DNA of 59,622 nucleotides from Eubacteriales bacterium (GTDB lineage Bacteria > Bacillota > Clostridia > Oscillospirales > RGIG5299): positions 1-59,622 of the forward strand of contig JAZQKU010000060.1 in assembly GCA_045542315.1 (NCBI GenBank). The letters are read 5' to 3'. The position numbers were made by a program, and so were the translations under genes. This document shows, in pieces, positions 8,850 through 18,639 of the stretch. The stretch's first letter is position 1; every line of letters begins with the position of its first letter. A model generated the notes under the pieces. The model saw only the letters and a list, made by a program, of their open reading frames with translations, was not told the origin of the DNA and did not search any database.

Positions 8850-10124
8850 ATGATCTACGCTCTTATTTTGTTTGCCGTAACCTACGTGGCAATGCTGGTA
8901 TTCAGCAAATACCGCCCCTATATTGCCCTCGGCTCGGCTCTCATCTTCATCGTAACGGGAATGCTTCCCTTAGGTGAGATATTCACCTCGATAGACTTCA
9001 ACGTCCTTATGATGATAGCCGGCACTATGGGACTCGTTGCCCTTTTTATCGAAAGCAAGATGCCCGAGCTTTTGGCAGATCTCGTTATGGAAAAGGTCCC
9101 CAACGTAATGTGGGCGGCGGTTGCCCTTTCGCTTTTTGCAGGCGTTATTTCGGCATTCGTGGATAACGTTGCAACCGTTTTGATGGTTGCCCCCGTAGCG
9201 CTTGAGATATGCAAAAAGCTTAAGACAAACCCCGTTCCCTTTATCATCGGCATCGCCGTTTCCTCAAATCTTCAGGGCGCGGCGACCCTTGTGGGTGACA
9301 CCACCGCCATAATGCTCGGCTCCTACGCCGATATGAGCTTCCTTGATTTCTTCTGGTATAAGGGTAAGCCCGGCATATTCTTTGCCGTTGAGATAGGCGC
9401 TGTTGCAGCTGCGATCATACTTGCCTTCATTTTCAGAAAGGAAAAGGGCAAGGTGGAGAAAACGGGCGTTCGCACAAAGGTCACCGATTACGTTCCGTCG
9501 GTTCTTCTCTGCGGCACCGTTTTGCTTCTCATTCTGGCTTCATTCATTCCCAATAAGCCCGCCGTAACAAACGGTGTTATCTGCCTTTCGCTTTTTGCAA
9601 TCGGTATAATCTACACCGTTATCAAAAACAAAAGAGAGGGCGTAAGATCGGCTGTCGAAAGTCTTAAGGCGATCGACTTTGAAACCATCGGGCTTCTTTT
9701 CGGACTTTTCCTCGTCATCGGCGGTATAACCAATATGGGAGTAATCGACGAGATAGCCAACCTCTTAAAGAGCTTTGGCGGCGGAAACGTTTTCGTGCTC
9801 TACACCGTAATCGTATGGGGCTCGGTCCTGATCTCCGCATTTATAGATAATATTCCCTACGTTGCAACGATGCTTCCCGTAATCACGGGTCTTGCGGCGG
9901 CACTTGAGGTCGATCCCACTCTTCTTTATTTCGGACTTCTTTCGGGCGCGACCCTCGGCGGCAACTGCACGCCCATCGGTGCCTCGGCAAATATCACGGG
10001 TATAGGAATACTTCGAAAAGCAGGCTACGAGGTGAAGTCAAAGGACTTCTTCAAGATAGGCATTCCATTTACCTTCGCGGCAATAATCCCCGCCTATATC
10101 TACATCTGGTTCTTCTTCGCATAA
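8850..10124 (+). CDS. ArsB/NhaD/SLC13-family (IT superfamily) permease
   Basis: SAFVDNVATVL, SNLQGAATLVGD, SAFIDNIP, GGNCTPIGASAN. Confidence 0.85.
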   Translation: MIYALILFAVTYVAMLVFSKYRPYIALGSALIFIVTGMLPLGEIFTSIDFNVLMMIAGTMGLVALFIESKMPELLADLVMEKVPNVMWAAVALSLFAGVISAFVDNVATVLMVAPVALEICKKLKTNPVPFIIGIAVSSNLQGAATLVGDTTAIMLGSYADMSFLDFFWYKGKPGIFFAVEIGAVAAAIILAFIFRKEKGKVEKTGVRTKVTDYVPSVLLCGTVLLLILASFIPNKPAVTNGVICLSLFAIGIIYTVIKNKREGVRSAVESLKAIDFETIGLLFGLFLVIGGITNMGVIDEIANLLKSFGGGNVFVLYTVIVWGSVLISAFIDNIPYVATMLPVITGLAAALEVDPTLLYFGLLSGATLGGNCTPIGASANITGIGILRKAGYEVKSKDFFKIGIPFTFAAIIPAYIYIWFFFA

Positions 10125-10141
10125 AATTTACAGTTATTTAA

Positions 10142-10170
10142 TTGACAAAATCAAATCGTTGTGATATCAT
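10142..10170 (+). promoter_or_regulatory. sigmaA promoter
   Basis: TTGACA-N17-TATCAT with extended TG. Confidence 0.75.
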
Positions 10171-10177
10171 AATCACA

Positions 10178-10263
10178 GTGAGGGAGTAGCAAGCGAAACC
10201 GTCGTAGCAAGCCAACATCATGGCTCTTTTGAGTCTGGCCTTGCTTTAAATTGCAAGACTCAT
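10178..10263 (+). ncRNA. yybP-ykoY (Mn2+) riboswitch, copy 2
   Basis: GAGGGAGTAGC...GCCAACATC...CTGGC...GCAAGACTCAT; upstream of a P-type ATPase, a known context for this class. Confidence 0.85.
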
Positions 10264-10301
10264 GTTTTACACATGGGAATTTTGCAAAAATACGAAAAAA
10301 T

Positions 10302-10339
10302 ATCCCGTGTGTAGTATATACTATACTCGGGATTTTTTA
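10302..10339 (+). terminator. Riboswitch expression-platform terminator
   Basis: ATCCCG...GTAGTA TA TACTAT...CGGGAT followed by a T run. Confidence 0.7.
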
Positions 10340-10355
10340 TTAAGGAGAGATAAAA

Positions 10356-12974
10356 ATGTTATTTCACGGAAAAACGGCAAAGGAAACGCTCGAAGCGCTT
10401 GAAACAGACGTAAAAAGCGGTCTTTCCGTCGCACAGGCAGAGGAAAAACGCGCAAAATACGGCTTTAACCGCTTAAACGAAAAGAAAAAGAAATCCACTC
10501 TTTTGCGATTTCTTGAGCAGTTTAAGGACGTTATGATACTCATACTCATCGCGGCGGCGATAGTATCCTTTACGGTTGCCTGCGTTGAGCAAAACCCCAA
10601 GGAGTTTTTTGAACCCGCTCTTATACTTCTCATCGTTATCGTAAACGCGGTAATGGGCGTTTATCAGGAGGGCAAGGCGGAAAAGGCACTCGATGCCCTT
10701 AAAAATATGTCGGCTCCTCACGCAAGAGTAATAAGAAACGGTGAGGAAAGGATAATCGAAGCCGTGGAGCTTGTTCCCGGCGATATCATCAAGCTTGAAG
10801 CGGGCGATTTCGTTCCCGCCGATGCCCGCCTTATCCAAAGCGTAAGCTTAAAGAGTGAGGAATCTGCTCTTACCGGCGAATCGGTCCCCTCGGAAAAGGA
10901 TGCCGACGCCACGGTAAAGGAGGATTCTCCTTTGGGAGACCGTGCGAATATGGTCTTTTCGGGTTGCAGCATAACCTACGGCACTGCCACAGCGGTAGTC
11001 ACCGCAACGGGAATGGATACCGAAATGGGCAAGATCGCAAACCTTCTTTCCGATGAAAACGAAACACAGACCCCCTTGCAGAAAAAGCTTGCACAGCTTG
11101 GAAAATACCTCGGCATAGTAGCACTTGCGGCGTGCGCGGTAATATTCGTTGTCGGCATGGCAAGCGGCACTCCTCCCATGGAGATATTTATGGTTGCCGT
11201 ATCTCTTGCGGTATCGGCAATACCCGAGGGCCTTCCCGTAATAGTAACCATCGTGCTTTCAATAGGCGTTCAGCGCATGGTAAAGAAACACGCCCTTATC
11301 AGAAAGCTTCCCGCGGTCGAAACGCTCGGAAGCGCCTCTATAATCTGCTCCGATAAAACGGGAACCCTTACCCAGAACAGAATGACTCTCGTAAAGGCAT
11401 ACCTCGACGGCGGTGCCGATACCGAGGATATAACCGATTCGGTATCGGAGAATACGAAAAAGCTTCTTTGCTACGGCGCACTTTGCTGCGACGGCTCGGT
11501 GGTATTCAACGGCGACAAGGTCGAGCATCTCGGCGACCCCACCGAAACGGCAATCGTTTACGCCGCTCATAAAAACGGAATGCCCAAGGAGGAAATAAAC
11601 GAAAAATACCCCCGAATTGCAGGCATTCCCTTTGATTCCGACAGAAAGCTTATGTCCACCGTCAACGTAATCGACGGTAAAAAGACGGTAATAGTAAAGG
11701 GCGCATTCGATATGATGGCAGAGCGCTGCATATCGGGCGACCTTGAAAAGGCAAAGGAATACACCGAAAAAATGAGCGAAAACGCTCTCCGCGTTCTTGC
11801 GGTAGGTTATAAGATTATAGACGAATTGCCCGAAAATCTCACCTCCGAGGAACTTGAAAGCGGTCTTACCTTTATGGGACTTGTAGGTATGATAGATCCT
11901 CCCAGACCCGAGGCGAAGGTTGCCGTTGCCACCTGCAGAAGAGCGGGAATAAAGCCCGTTATGATAACGGGCGACCACGTTGTAACCGCAAAGGCGATAG
12001 CAAAGGAGCTCGGAATCTTCGAGGAGGGCGACAGGGCGATAACGGGCGCCGAGCTTGACAGAATAACCGATAGCGAATTCGATAACGTGATCGAAACGAT
12101 CTCGGTTTACGCCCGCGTTTCCCCCGAAAACAAGATAAGAATAGTAAGAGCGTGGCAGAGAAAGGGCAAGGTCGTTTCGATGACGGGCGACGGCGTCAAC
12201 GACGCACCCGCCTTAAAGGCTGCCGACATCGGCTGTGCTATGGGCATAACAGGCACCGACGTTGCAAAGGGCGCCTCCGATATGACCCTTACCGACGATA
12301 ACTTCGCAACGATAGTCGATGCGGTAAAAGAAGGAAGAGGCATATACGCAAACATCAAAAAGGTTGTAGGCTTCTTGCTCGGAACCAATATCGGTGAGGT
12401 CATCACTGTCTTTGCGGCAATGCTTTTATGGCAGAAAACGCCCCTTCTTTCAATGCAGCTTCTCTGGATAAACCTTGTCACCGACTCTCTTCCCGCAATA
12501 GCTCTCGGAATGGAGCCCGTTGAAAGCGACGTAATGGATAAGGCTCCCAAGCCCAAAAACGAGGGCATTTTTGCTCACGGACTCGGAATAAGAGTAGTGC
12601 TTCAGGGCTTTATGTTTGCCGTGCTCACCCTTATCGGCTACGTTATAGGAGAGGGCTTCGGCGGCGAGGCGGCGGGACAGACGATGGCGTTTGCCGTGCT
12701 TGCTCTTTCCCAGATAGTTCAGGCCTACAATATGCGCTCCGATCACTCCCTTTTCAAAATCGGAGTATTCACAAACGCAACCCTTAATAAGGCCTCGCTC
12801 GTATCCCTTGCACTTATGCTGCTCGTTTTGTTCACTCCCGTCGGCATCGCATTCGGACTTGTTATCTTACCGTGGTATTATTACCTCATAATTCTCGGAC
12901 TCGTTCTCGTGCCGTTGGTGATAATGGAGATCTCCAAGCTTTTGGGATTTATTAAGGCGCATAATCACAAATAA
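10356..12974 (+). CDS. P-type IIA cation (Ca2+/Mn2+)-transporting ATPase
   Basis: TGES, PEGL, DKTGT, MIDPPR, TGDGVNDAP, LWINLVTD motifs. Confidence 0.93.
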   Translation: MLFHGKTAKETLEALETDVKSGLSVAQAEEKRAKYGFNRLNEKKKKSTLLRFLEQFKDVMILILIAAAIVSFTVACVEQNPKEFFEPALILLIVIVNAVMGVYQEGKAEKALDALKNMSAPHARVIRNGEERIIEAVELVPGDIIKLEAGDFVPADARLIQSVSLKSEESALTGESVPSEKDADATVKEDSPLGDRANMVFSGCSITYGTATAVVTATGMDTEMGKIANLLSDENETQTPLQKKLAQLGKYLGIVALAACAVIFVVGMASGTPPMEIFMVAVSLAVSAIPEGLPVIVTIVLSIGVQRMVKKHALIRKLPAVETLGSASIICSDKTGTLTQNRMTLVKAYLDGGADTEDITDSVSENTKKLLCYGALCCDGSVVFNGDKVEHLGDPTETAIVYAAHKNGMPKEEINEKYPRIAGIPFDSDRKLMSTVNVIDGKKTVIVKGAFDMMAERCISGDLEKAKEYTEKMSENALRVLAVGYKIIDELPENLTSEELESGLTFMGLVGMIDPPRPEAKVAVATCRRAGIKPVMITGDHVVTAKAIAKELGIFEEGDRAITGAELDRITDSEFDNVIETISVYARVSPENKIRIVRAWQRKGKVVSMTGDGVNDAPALKAADIGCAMGITGTDVAKGASDMTLTDDNFATIVDAVKEGRGIYANIKKVVGFLLGTNIGEVITVFAAMLLWQKTPLLSMQLLWINLVTDSLPAIALGMEPVESDVMDKAPKPKNEGIFAHGLGIRVVLQGFMFAVLTLIGYVIGEGFGGEAAGQTMAFAVLALSQIVQAYNMRSDHSLFKIGVFTNATLNKASLVSLALMLLVLFTPVGIAFGLVILPWYYYLIILGLVLVPLVIMEISKLLGFIKAHNHK

Positions 12975-12985
12975 GAAAAAATTAA

Positions 12986-13015
12986 AAAAGACTGCGGAAT
13001 TTTCCGCAGTCTTTT
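12986..13015. terminator. Bidirectional terminator
   Basis: AAAAGACTGCGGAA tt TTCCGCAGTCTTTT between convergent genes. Confidence 0.75.
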
Positions 13016-13033
13016 AATTTTTTTGGGTCGATT

Positions 13034-13909
13034 TCAATCAAGCGTCTTTACAAATTCCTTTAAGTATTCCTTGAATTCATTGCCGATATCCTCGTGGTTT
13101 ACCGCCGTTTCAACGGCAGCCTGCATAACGCCGAGCTTATTGCCCATATCGTAGCGGGTGCCCGAGAAGATAACGCCCGTCATACCAACGGTGTTTGCAA
13201 GCACCTTCATAGCGTCTGTAAGCTGTATCTCGCCGCCTGCACCGGGAGGGGTGACGTCGAGAATATCGAATATTTCGGGAGGAAGCACAACTCTTCCCAA
13301 AATCGAAAGATTGGTAAATTCCTCTCCTTTTTTTGGCTTTTCAATCATATCGGTAACGGAATAAAGACCTTCCTCAAGCTTGTCTGCCTTCATTGAGCAA
13401 TATCTCGAAAGCTGCTCGGTGGGTACTTCTTTAAGTCCGCAAACGCCCTTGCCGTATTTCTCGTAAGCCTCGCAAAGCTCCTTGGTTGCGGGGGCTTTTC
13501 CGCCCATAATAACGTCGTCGCCGTAAAGCACCGCAATAGGCTCGCCTGCGGCAAATCCTCTTGCATAGCTTATAGCGTGACCGAGACCCTTTACCTCCTG
13601 CTGGCGCACGAAGGTTATCTTTGCAAGGCCGCAGGGATCGAGGTAAGCCTTAAGCTCCTTTTCCTTTTTACCTGCGATAAGACGGTCCTCAAGCTCAACG
13701 TGGCGGTCAAAATGGTCCTCGATGGCGCTTTTGCCTCTCGAGGTGATAATAAGTATCTCCTCAATACCGGAGGCGGCAGCCTCTTCAACGATATATTGAA
13801 TGGCAGGCTTATCCACGATGGGTAAAAGCTCCTTCGGAATAGCTTTGGTTGCGGGAAGCATTCTCGTACCGAAGCCTGCGGCGGGAATAACTGCTTTTCT
13901 TACTTTCAT
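13034..13909 (-). CDS. galU: UTP--glucose-1-phosphate uridylyltransferase
   Basis: KAVIPAAGFGTRMLPATKAIPKE, GLGHA, GGEIQLTDA. Confidence 0.95.
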   Translation of the reverse strand: MKVRKAVIPAAGFGTRMLPATKAIPKELLPIVDKPAIQYIVEEAAASGIEEILIITSRGKSAIEDHFDRHVELEDRLIAGKKEKELKAYLDPCGLAKITFVRQQEVKGLGHAISYARGFAAGEPIAVLYGDDVIMGGKAPATKELCEAYEKYGKGVCGLKEVPTEQLSRYCSMKADKLEEGLYSVTDMIEKPKKGEEFTNLSILGRVVLPPEIFDILDVTPPGAGGEIQLTDAMKVLANTVGMTGVIFSGTRYDMGNKLGVMQAAVETAVNHEDIGNEFKEYLKEFVKTLD

Positions 13910-13922
13910 AGTAAATTTCCTT

Positions 13923-14465
13923 TCATTTTTTGTTTATAAACGATATAAATCGGTATTTGTTAAGCATTATGCATAAAACCGTGCCCAAAACGAAGCAGGA
14001 TAAAGCCTCGGAGCAAAAAAACGGCAAAAACGCCGCCGTATATGCGGCGAAAAAACCGCCCTCTGCCACTGCCGAGAAGGCAATGACGGCAGGTATCATA
14101 AGACTGTTGAACAAAACAGGGGGAAATGCGGCAAGGAAATATTCGAAGCAGCTTATTTTCATAATTCCGCTTTGATATCTCTTTCTGTATCCCGCGCCGA
14201 AGGCCGATGTGAGGATTCCGCCCAAAAGAGTTGCGATCGGACCTACTATCAGATCAACGGCACCGTAGCCCGAAAGCAGATTTGCAAAAAAACAGCCAAC
14301 CGTCAACGCAGCCGCCGCGGGCGGAAAGAAAAACGGTAAAACGGTGAGCGCTTCGGATATGCGAAGCTGGATAGGGGAGTAAGCGATGGGGAGCGTTACC
14401 CATGTGAGGGCAACGTAAAGCGCGGCAATAACGCCTGCGAGTGTGAGGGACTTGATGCTTTTCAT
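13923..14465 (-). CDS. queT: QueT-family queuosine precursor transporter (ECF S-component)
   Basis: AGVIAALYVALT, IQLRISEALTVLP, GCFFANL; preQ1 riboswitch upstream. Confidence 0.88.
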   Translation of the reverse strand: MKSIKSLTLAGVIAALYVALTWVTLPIAYSPIQLRISEALTVLPFFFPPAAAALTVGCFFANLLSGYGAVDLIVGPIATLLGGILTSAFGAGYRKRYQSGIMKISCFEYFLAAFPPVLFNSLMIPAVIAFSAVAEGGFFAAYTAAFLPFFCSEALSCFVLGTVLCIMLNKYRFISFINKK

Positions 14466-14482
14466 TTTGAATTTTCCTTTTC

Positions 14483-14519
14483 GTAGTTTTTATTAAGGTC
14501 GGGATTTTGCGAACCGACC
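14483..14519 (-). ncRNA. preQ1-I riboswitch
   Basis: Minus strand GGTCGG-TTCGCAAAATC-CCGACC-TTAATAAAAACTAC just upstream of the RBS. Confidence 0.85.
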
Positions 14520-14525
14520 GATAAT

Positions 14526-14554
14526 AATATACCATTAAATTTCCGTTTCGTCAA
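14526..14554 (-). promoter_or_regulatory. sigmaA promoter of queT
   Basis: TTGACG-N17-TATATT with extended TG. Confidence 0.7.
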
Positions 14555-14695
14555 CTCCAAAAAAAGACAAAGTTAAAATAAAAACGCTGTTTTTTGCCAA
14601 AAAAGCGCGGCACCCCTTGAAATCTGTCGAAATTTATTATATAATAAATTGAGAAAAAATGAGCTTCATCACAAAAACGACGGAGTAGTGATAAA

Positions 14696-16450
14696 ATGGA
14701 TATTTTTCAATTCTTTATGTTGCTCGGCGGTCTTGCCTTTTTCCTTTACGGAATGACGGTAATGTCGGGCGGTCTTGAGAAGGTAGCGGGCGGAAAGCTT
14801 GAGCGTACCCTTCGCAAGATGACGTCAAATCCCATAAAAAGCATAGGGCTCGGAATGGGTATAACCGTTGCAATTCAGTCCTCGTCTGCAATGACGGTAA
14901 TGCTCGTAGGACTTGTCAACTCGGGAATTATGGCTCTTGAGCAGACAGTCGGCGTTATAATGGGCTCCAATATCGGCACCACTCTTACCGCGTGGTTGCT
15001 CAGCTTAAGCGGTATCGACGGAGAAAATTTCTTCGTTCAGATGTTAAAGCCCACCTCGTTTGCGCCCATAGTCGCCATTATCGGCGTTATTCTTATGATG
15101 ACGGGCAAGGGCAAAAAGGCAGACGTTGGAAGCGTACTCGTAGGCTTTGCCGTTTTGATGTACGGTATGAGCTTTATGTCCGATGCGGTCAAGCCCTTGG
15201 CAGAGCTTCCCGAATTCAGAGAAATACTCGTTGCATTTACCAATCCCATACTCGGCCTTTTGGTCGGTGCGGTATTTACCGGCATAATCCAGAGCTCCGC
15301 GGCAACGGTAGGTATCGTTTTGGCCTTTGCGGGCACCGGTAACATCACCTTCGCAATGGCAATTCCGATAATTTTGGGCTCCAACATCGGCACCTGCGTA
15401 ACTGCACTTCTTTCGTCAATAGGCGTTAACAAAAACGCAAGACGTGTTGCGGTTATCCACATAATGTTTAACGTAATCGGCTCTGTTGTTGCTCTTATTC
15501 TCCTTTACGGCGTAAACCTCTGCTATCCCCTTGAATTTTTAAACGGCACCGTAAACGAGGTGGGCGTTGCAATAGTTCACACTGTATTTAACGTATTTAC
15601 CACCGCACTCTTGTTACCCTTCTCCAAGATGCTTGTAAGATTTGCAAACGTAGTTATCAAAGCCAAAAAGTCCGAAGAGGCTTATGAAATCCTTGACGAG
15701 CGTCTTATGCGCTCTCCTGCATTTGCAATTGCCGAAAGCCGCAACGTAACCAAAAAGATGGCTTCGCTTGCAAAGGAAAACCTTGAAAAAGCAATATCTC
15801 TCTTTAGCGAATACAATCCCAAGGTATCCCAAGAGGTAACCGACGTTGAGGAGAAGATCGACCAGTATGAGGATAAGCTCGGCACCTACCTTGTAAAATT
15901 GAGCAGCTATGAGCTTTCGGAGCAGGAAAGCAATAACGTTTCCGAAATACTTCACACGATAGGCGACTTCGAAAGAATAGGCGACCACGCCGTGAATATT
16001 CAGGAGCTTGCCGCCGAAATGCACGATAAGGAGATATCCTTCTCCGAAAGCGCAATGGAGGATCTGAAGATAGTCGTTGCCGCAGTAAACGAGATAGTTT
16101 CGATTACTATGGAATCGTTTGATAAAAACGACAGTGAGCTTGCAAAACAGGTCGAGCCTCTCGAGCAGGTAATCGACGGACTTATTTCCGAATCCAAAAA
16201 CCGCCATATTGAAAGACTTACCAACGGAAACTGCACCATCGAGCTCGGATTTATCCTTTCCGATCTCCTTACAAACTTCTCCCGTGTTTCCGACCATTGC
16301 TCAAACGTCGCCGTTGCGATAATCCAGATAAAGGATTCCGCATTCGACACTCACGGCTACTTGAATGAGCTCAAGCGCGGTGAGGAGCCCACCTTCCATA
16401 AGAAGTTTGAGGAATATAAAGAAAAATATCAGCTCCCCAAGGGAGAATAA
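14696..16450 (+). CDS. Na/Pi cotransporter with C-terminal PhoU-like domains
   Basis: Two QSSS/QSSA...GSNIGT repeats; DFERIGDHA and RVSDHCSN motifs. Confidence 0.92.
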   Translation: MDIFQFFMLLGGLAFFLYGMTVMSGGLEKVAGGKLERTLRKMTSNPIKSIGLGMGITVAIQSSSAMTVMLVGLVNSGIMALEQTVGVIMGSNIGTTLTAWLLSLSGIDGENFFVQMLKPTSFAPIVAIIGVILMMTGKGKKADVGSVLVGFAVLMYGMSFMSDAVKPLAELPEFREILVAFTNPILGLLVGAVFTGIIQSSAATVGIVLAFAGTGNITFAMAIPIILGSNIGTCVTALLSSIGVNKNARRVAVIHIMFNVIGSVVALILLYGVNLCYPLEFLNGTVNEVGVAIVHTVFNVFTTALLLPFSKMLVRFANVVIKAKKSEEAYEILDERLMRSPAFAIAESRNVTKKMASLAKENLEKAISLFSEYNPKVSQEVTDVEEKIDQYEDKLGTYLVKLSSYELSEQESNNVSEILHTIGDFERIGDHAVNIQELAAEMHDKEISFSESAMEDLKIVVAAVNEIVSITMESFDKNDSELAKQVEPLEQVIDGLISESKNRHIERLTNGNCTIELGFILSDLLTNFSRVSDHCSNVAVAIIQIKDSAFDTHGYLNELKRGEEPTFHKKFEEYKEKYQLPKGE

Positions 16451-16456
16451 AAAAAG

Positions 16457-16485
16457 AAAAAACCGCCGTTTTCGGCGGTTTTTTT
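16457..16485 (+). terminator. Intrinsic terminator
   Basis: AAAAAACCGCCG tttt CGGCGGTTTTTT. Confidence 0.75.
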
Positions 16486-16566
16486 ATAATTATATATAGA
16501 CAACTCTATGTAAAATTTGGTATAATAAAATAAGATTATTATAACTATCGATTTCAGGTGCTTTTT

Positions 16567-17760
16567 ATGCTTTTCAAAAACTGCTTTGTAAACGGAAAAC
16601 CAACCGATATCGCCGTTAAAAACGGCGTTATTACCGACGGCGAATACGACGGTGAAATTATAGATATGGGCGGTGCTGCTGCCACCTACGGCTTTCTCGA
16701 TATGCATTGCCATTTGAGAGATCCGGGCTACACTCATAAGGAGGACGTTGAAACGGGACTTTCTGCGGCGGCAAAGGGCGGCTTTACAACCGTTATGCCT
16801 ATGCCCAACACGAATCCCGTAACCGATAACCCCGAAACTCTTTCATACCTTTCGGAGAAGGCCTCGCGCTTTTATGTAAACGTTCTTCCCGTTGCGGCGT
16901 CAACGGTAGGGCAGAGGGGTGAGGCACTCACCGATTGCAAGGCACTTGTCGCATCGGGCGCCGCCGCATTTTCCGATGACGGCTATCCCGTCGTTAACGA
17001 CGAAATGGCAAAAGCGGCAATAATCTCCGCATACGGTGCGGGAACTGTCTTTATCTCTCATTGCGAAACGCCCTCGCTTAACCAAAACGGCAAGGTCACT
17101 CCCGAATCGGAGGAGGCAATGATAGAACGCGACCTTAAAACCTCTCTGGAAACGGGCGCAAGGCTCCATATTGCTCACGTAAGCACCAAAAGGGGCGTTG
17201 AGCTGATAAGAGCGGCCAAGAAAAAAGGAGCTCCCGTTACGGCGGAAACCTGCCCTCACTACTTTTGCTTTAACGAGGATGCCGTAAACGGCAACACCAA
17301 CTTCAAAATGAATCCGCCGCTTCGCTCCGAGGAAGACCGACAGGCTATAATCGAAGGACTTAAGGACGGCACCCTCGACGTCATCTCCACCGACCACGCT
17401 CCGCACGCGGTATCGGAAAAGGCAAGGGAATTCAAAGCGGCTCCGAACGGAATTTTGGGCTTTGAGACCGCCTTTTCGGCAGGCTACACGAGCCTTGTGA
17501 AAACGGGCAGGCTTTCACTTTCGGAGCTTCTTTATAAAATGTCGGAAAGACCCTATGAGATCATGGGTAAAAAGGGCGGCAAGCTCGAAGCGGGCAATCC
17601 TGCCGATATCGCTTTTTTAGACCTTGAAAAACAGTTTATATACACCGAGGAAGAGATCCGCTCAAAATCGAAAAACTCTCCGTTTATAGGAAAAACCCTT
17701 TTCGGGAGAGTAATTATGACGGTAGTAAACGGTAAAATAATTTATTCTGAAATTAACTAA
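16567..17760 (+). CDS. pyrC: Dihydroorotase
   Basis: DMHCHLRDPG, MPNTNP, KMNPPLR, TDHAPH. Confidence 0.93.
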   Translation: MLFKNCFVNGKPTDIAVKNGVITDGEYDGEIIDMGGAAATYGFLDMHCHLRDPGYTHKEDVETGLSAAAKGGFTTVMPMPNTNPVTDNPETLSYLSEKASRFYVNVLPVAASTVGQRGEALTDCKALVASGAAAFSDDGYPVVNDEMAKAAIISAYGAGTVFISHCETPSLNQNGKVTPESEEAMIERDLKTSLETGARLHIAHVSTKRGVELIRAAKKKGAPVTAETCPHYFCFNEDAVNGNTNFKMNPPLRSEEDRQAIIEGLKDGTLDVISTDHAPHAVSEKAREFKAAPNGILGFETAFSAGYTSLVKTGRLSLSELLYKMSERPYEIMGKKGGKLEAGNPADIAFLDLEKQFIYTEEEIRSKSKNSPFIGKTLFGRVIMTVVNGKIIYSEIN

Positions 17761-17771
17761 GGAGAAGTAAA

Positions 17772-18629
17772 ATGGACAGACTCATATCACTCATTGAAAA
17801 GAAAAATAACCCCTCGGTAATCGGACTTGACCCGGTAGTTGATTATATTCCTGCATTTTTAAAGGAAAAGCACGAGTCTGTAACGGAGGCTATCCTTGAA
17901 TTCAACTTAAATCTTATCGACTCCTTTTCGGACGTCGTAGCCGCAATCAAGCCCCAGCTTGCCTATTATGAGATATTCGGAAGCAAGGGCATAGAGGTTT
18001 ACGAAAAGACCGCGGCATACGCAAAGGAAAAAGGACTTTATATAATTGCAGACGGCAAAAGAAACGATATCGGCTCAACAGCAGGTGCCTACGCCGAGGC
18101 GTATCTCGGTGAGAAAGGAAGCGCCGATGCCTTAACTGTAAACGGCTACCTCGGAATCGACGGCGTCAAGCCCTTCCTCGACAAGGCGGTTGCTTTTGAT
18201 AAGGATATATTCGTTCTTGCAAAGACCTCGAACCCTTCCTCGGGCGAGCTTCAGGACTTAAAGCTTGAGAGCGGTGAGATGATCTGCGAAAAGATGATGG
18301 AGCTTCTCACAAAATGGGGAAGCGAAACGGTAGGTAAATACGGCTACTCAAGAATAGGCGCGGTAGTCGGAGCAACCTATCCCGAGCAGCTCTCCTCCTT
18401 CAGAGAAAAATTCAACGAGATATTCTTCCTCGTTCCCGGCTACGGCTTCCAGGGCGGCGGCGCAGAGGGCGTAAGAGGCGGATTTGATAAAAAGGGATTC
18501 GGCTCTGTTGTAAACTCCTCCCGCGCGGTAATGCTTGCCTATAAAAAAGAAGGCGACGAAACCAAATACGCCGAGGCGGCAAGAAAAGAAGTGCTCCGAA
18601 TGAGAGACGAGCTCAATTCGGTAAGATAA
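17772..18629 (+). CDS. pyrF: Orotidine-5'-phosphate decarboxylase
   Basis: GLDP, DGKRNDIGST, LVPGYGFQGG, VNSSR. Confidence 0.93.
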   Translation: MDRLISLIEKKNNPSVIGLDPVVDYIPAFLKEKHESVTEAILEFNLNLIDSFSDVVAAIKPQLAYYEIFGSKGIEVYEKTAAYAKEKGLYIIADGKRNDIGSTAGAYAEAYLGEKGSADALTVNGYLGIDGVKPFLDKAVAFDKDIFVLAKTSNPSSGELQDLKLESGEMICEKMMELLTKWGSETVGKYGYSRIGAVVGATYPEQLSSFREKFNEIFFLVPGYGFQGGGAEGVRGGFDKKGFGSVVNSSRAVMLAYKKEGDETKYAEAARKEVLRMRDELNSVR

Positions 18630-18639
18630 GAGGTTAAAG

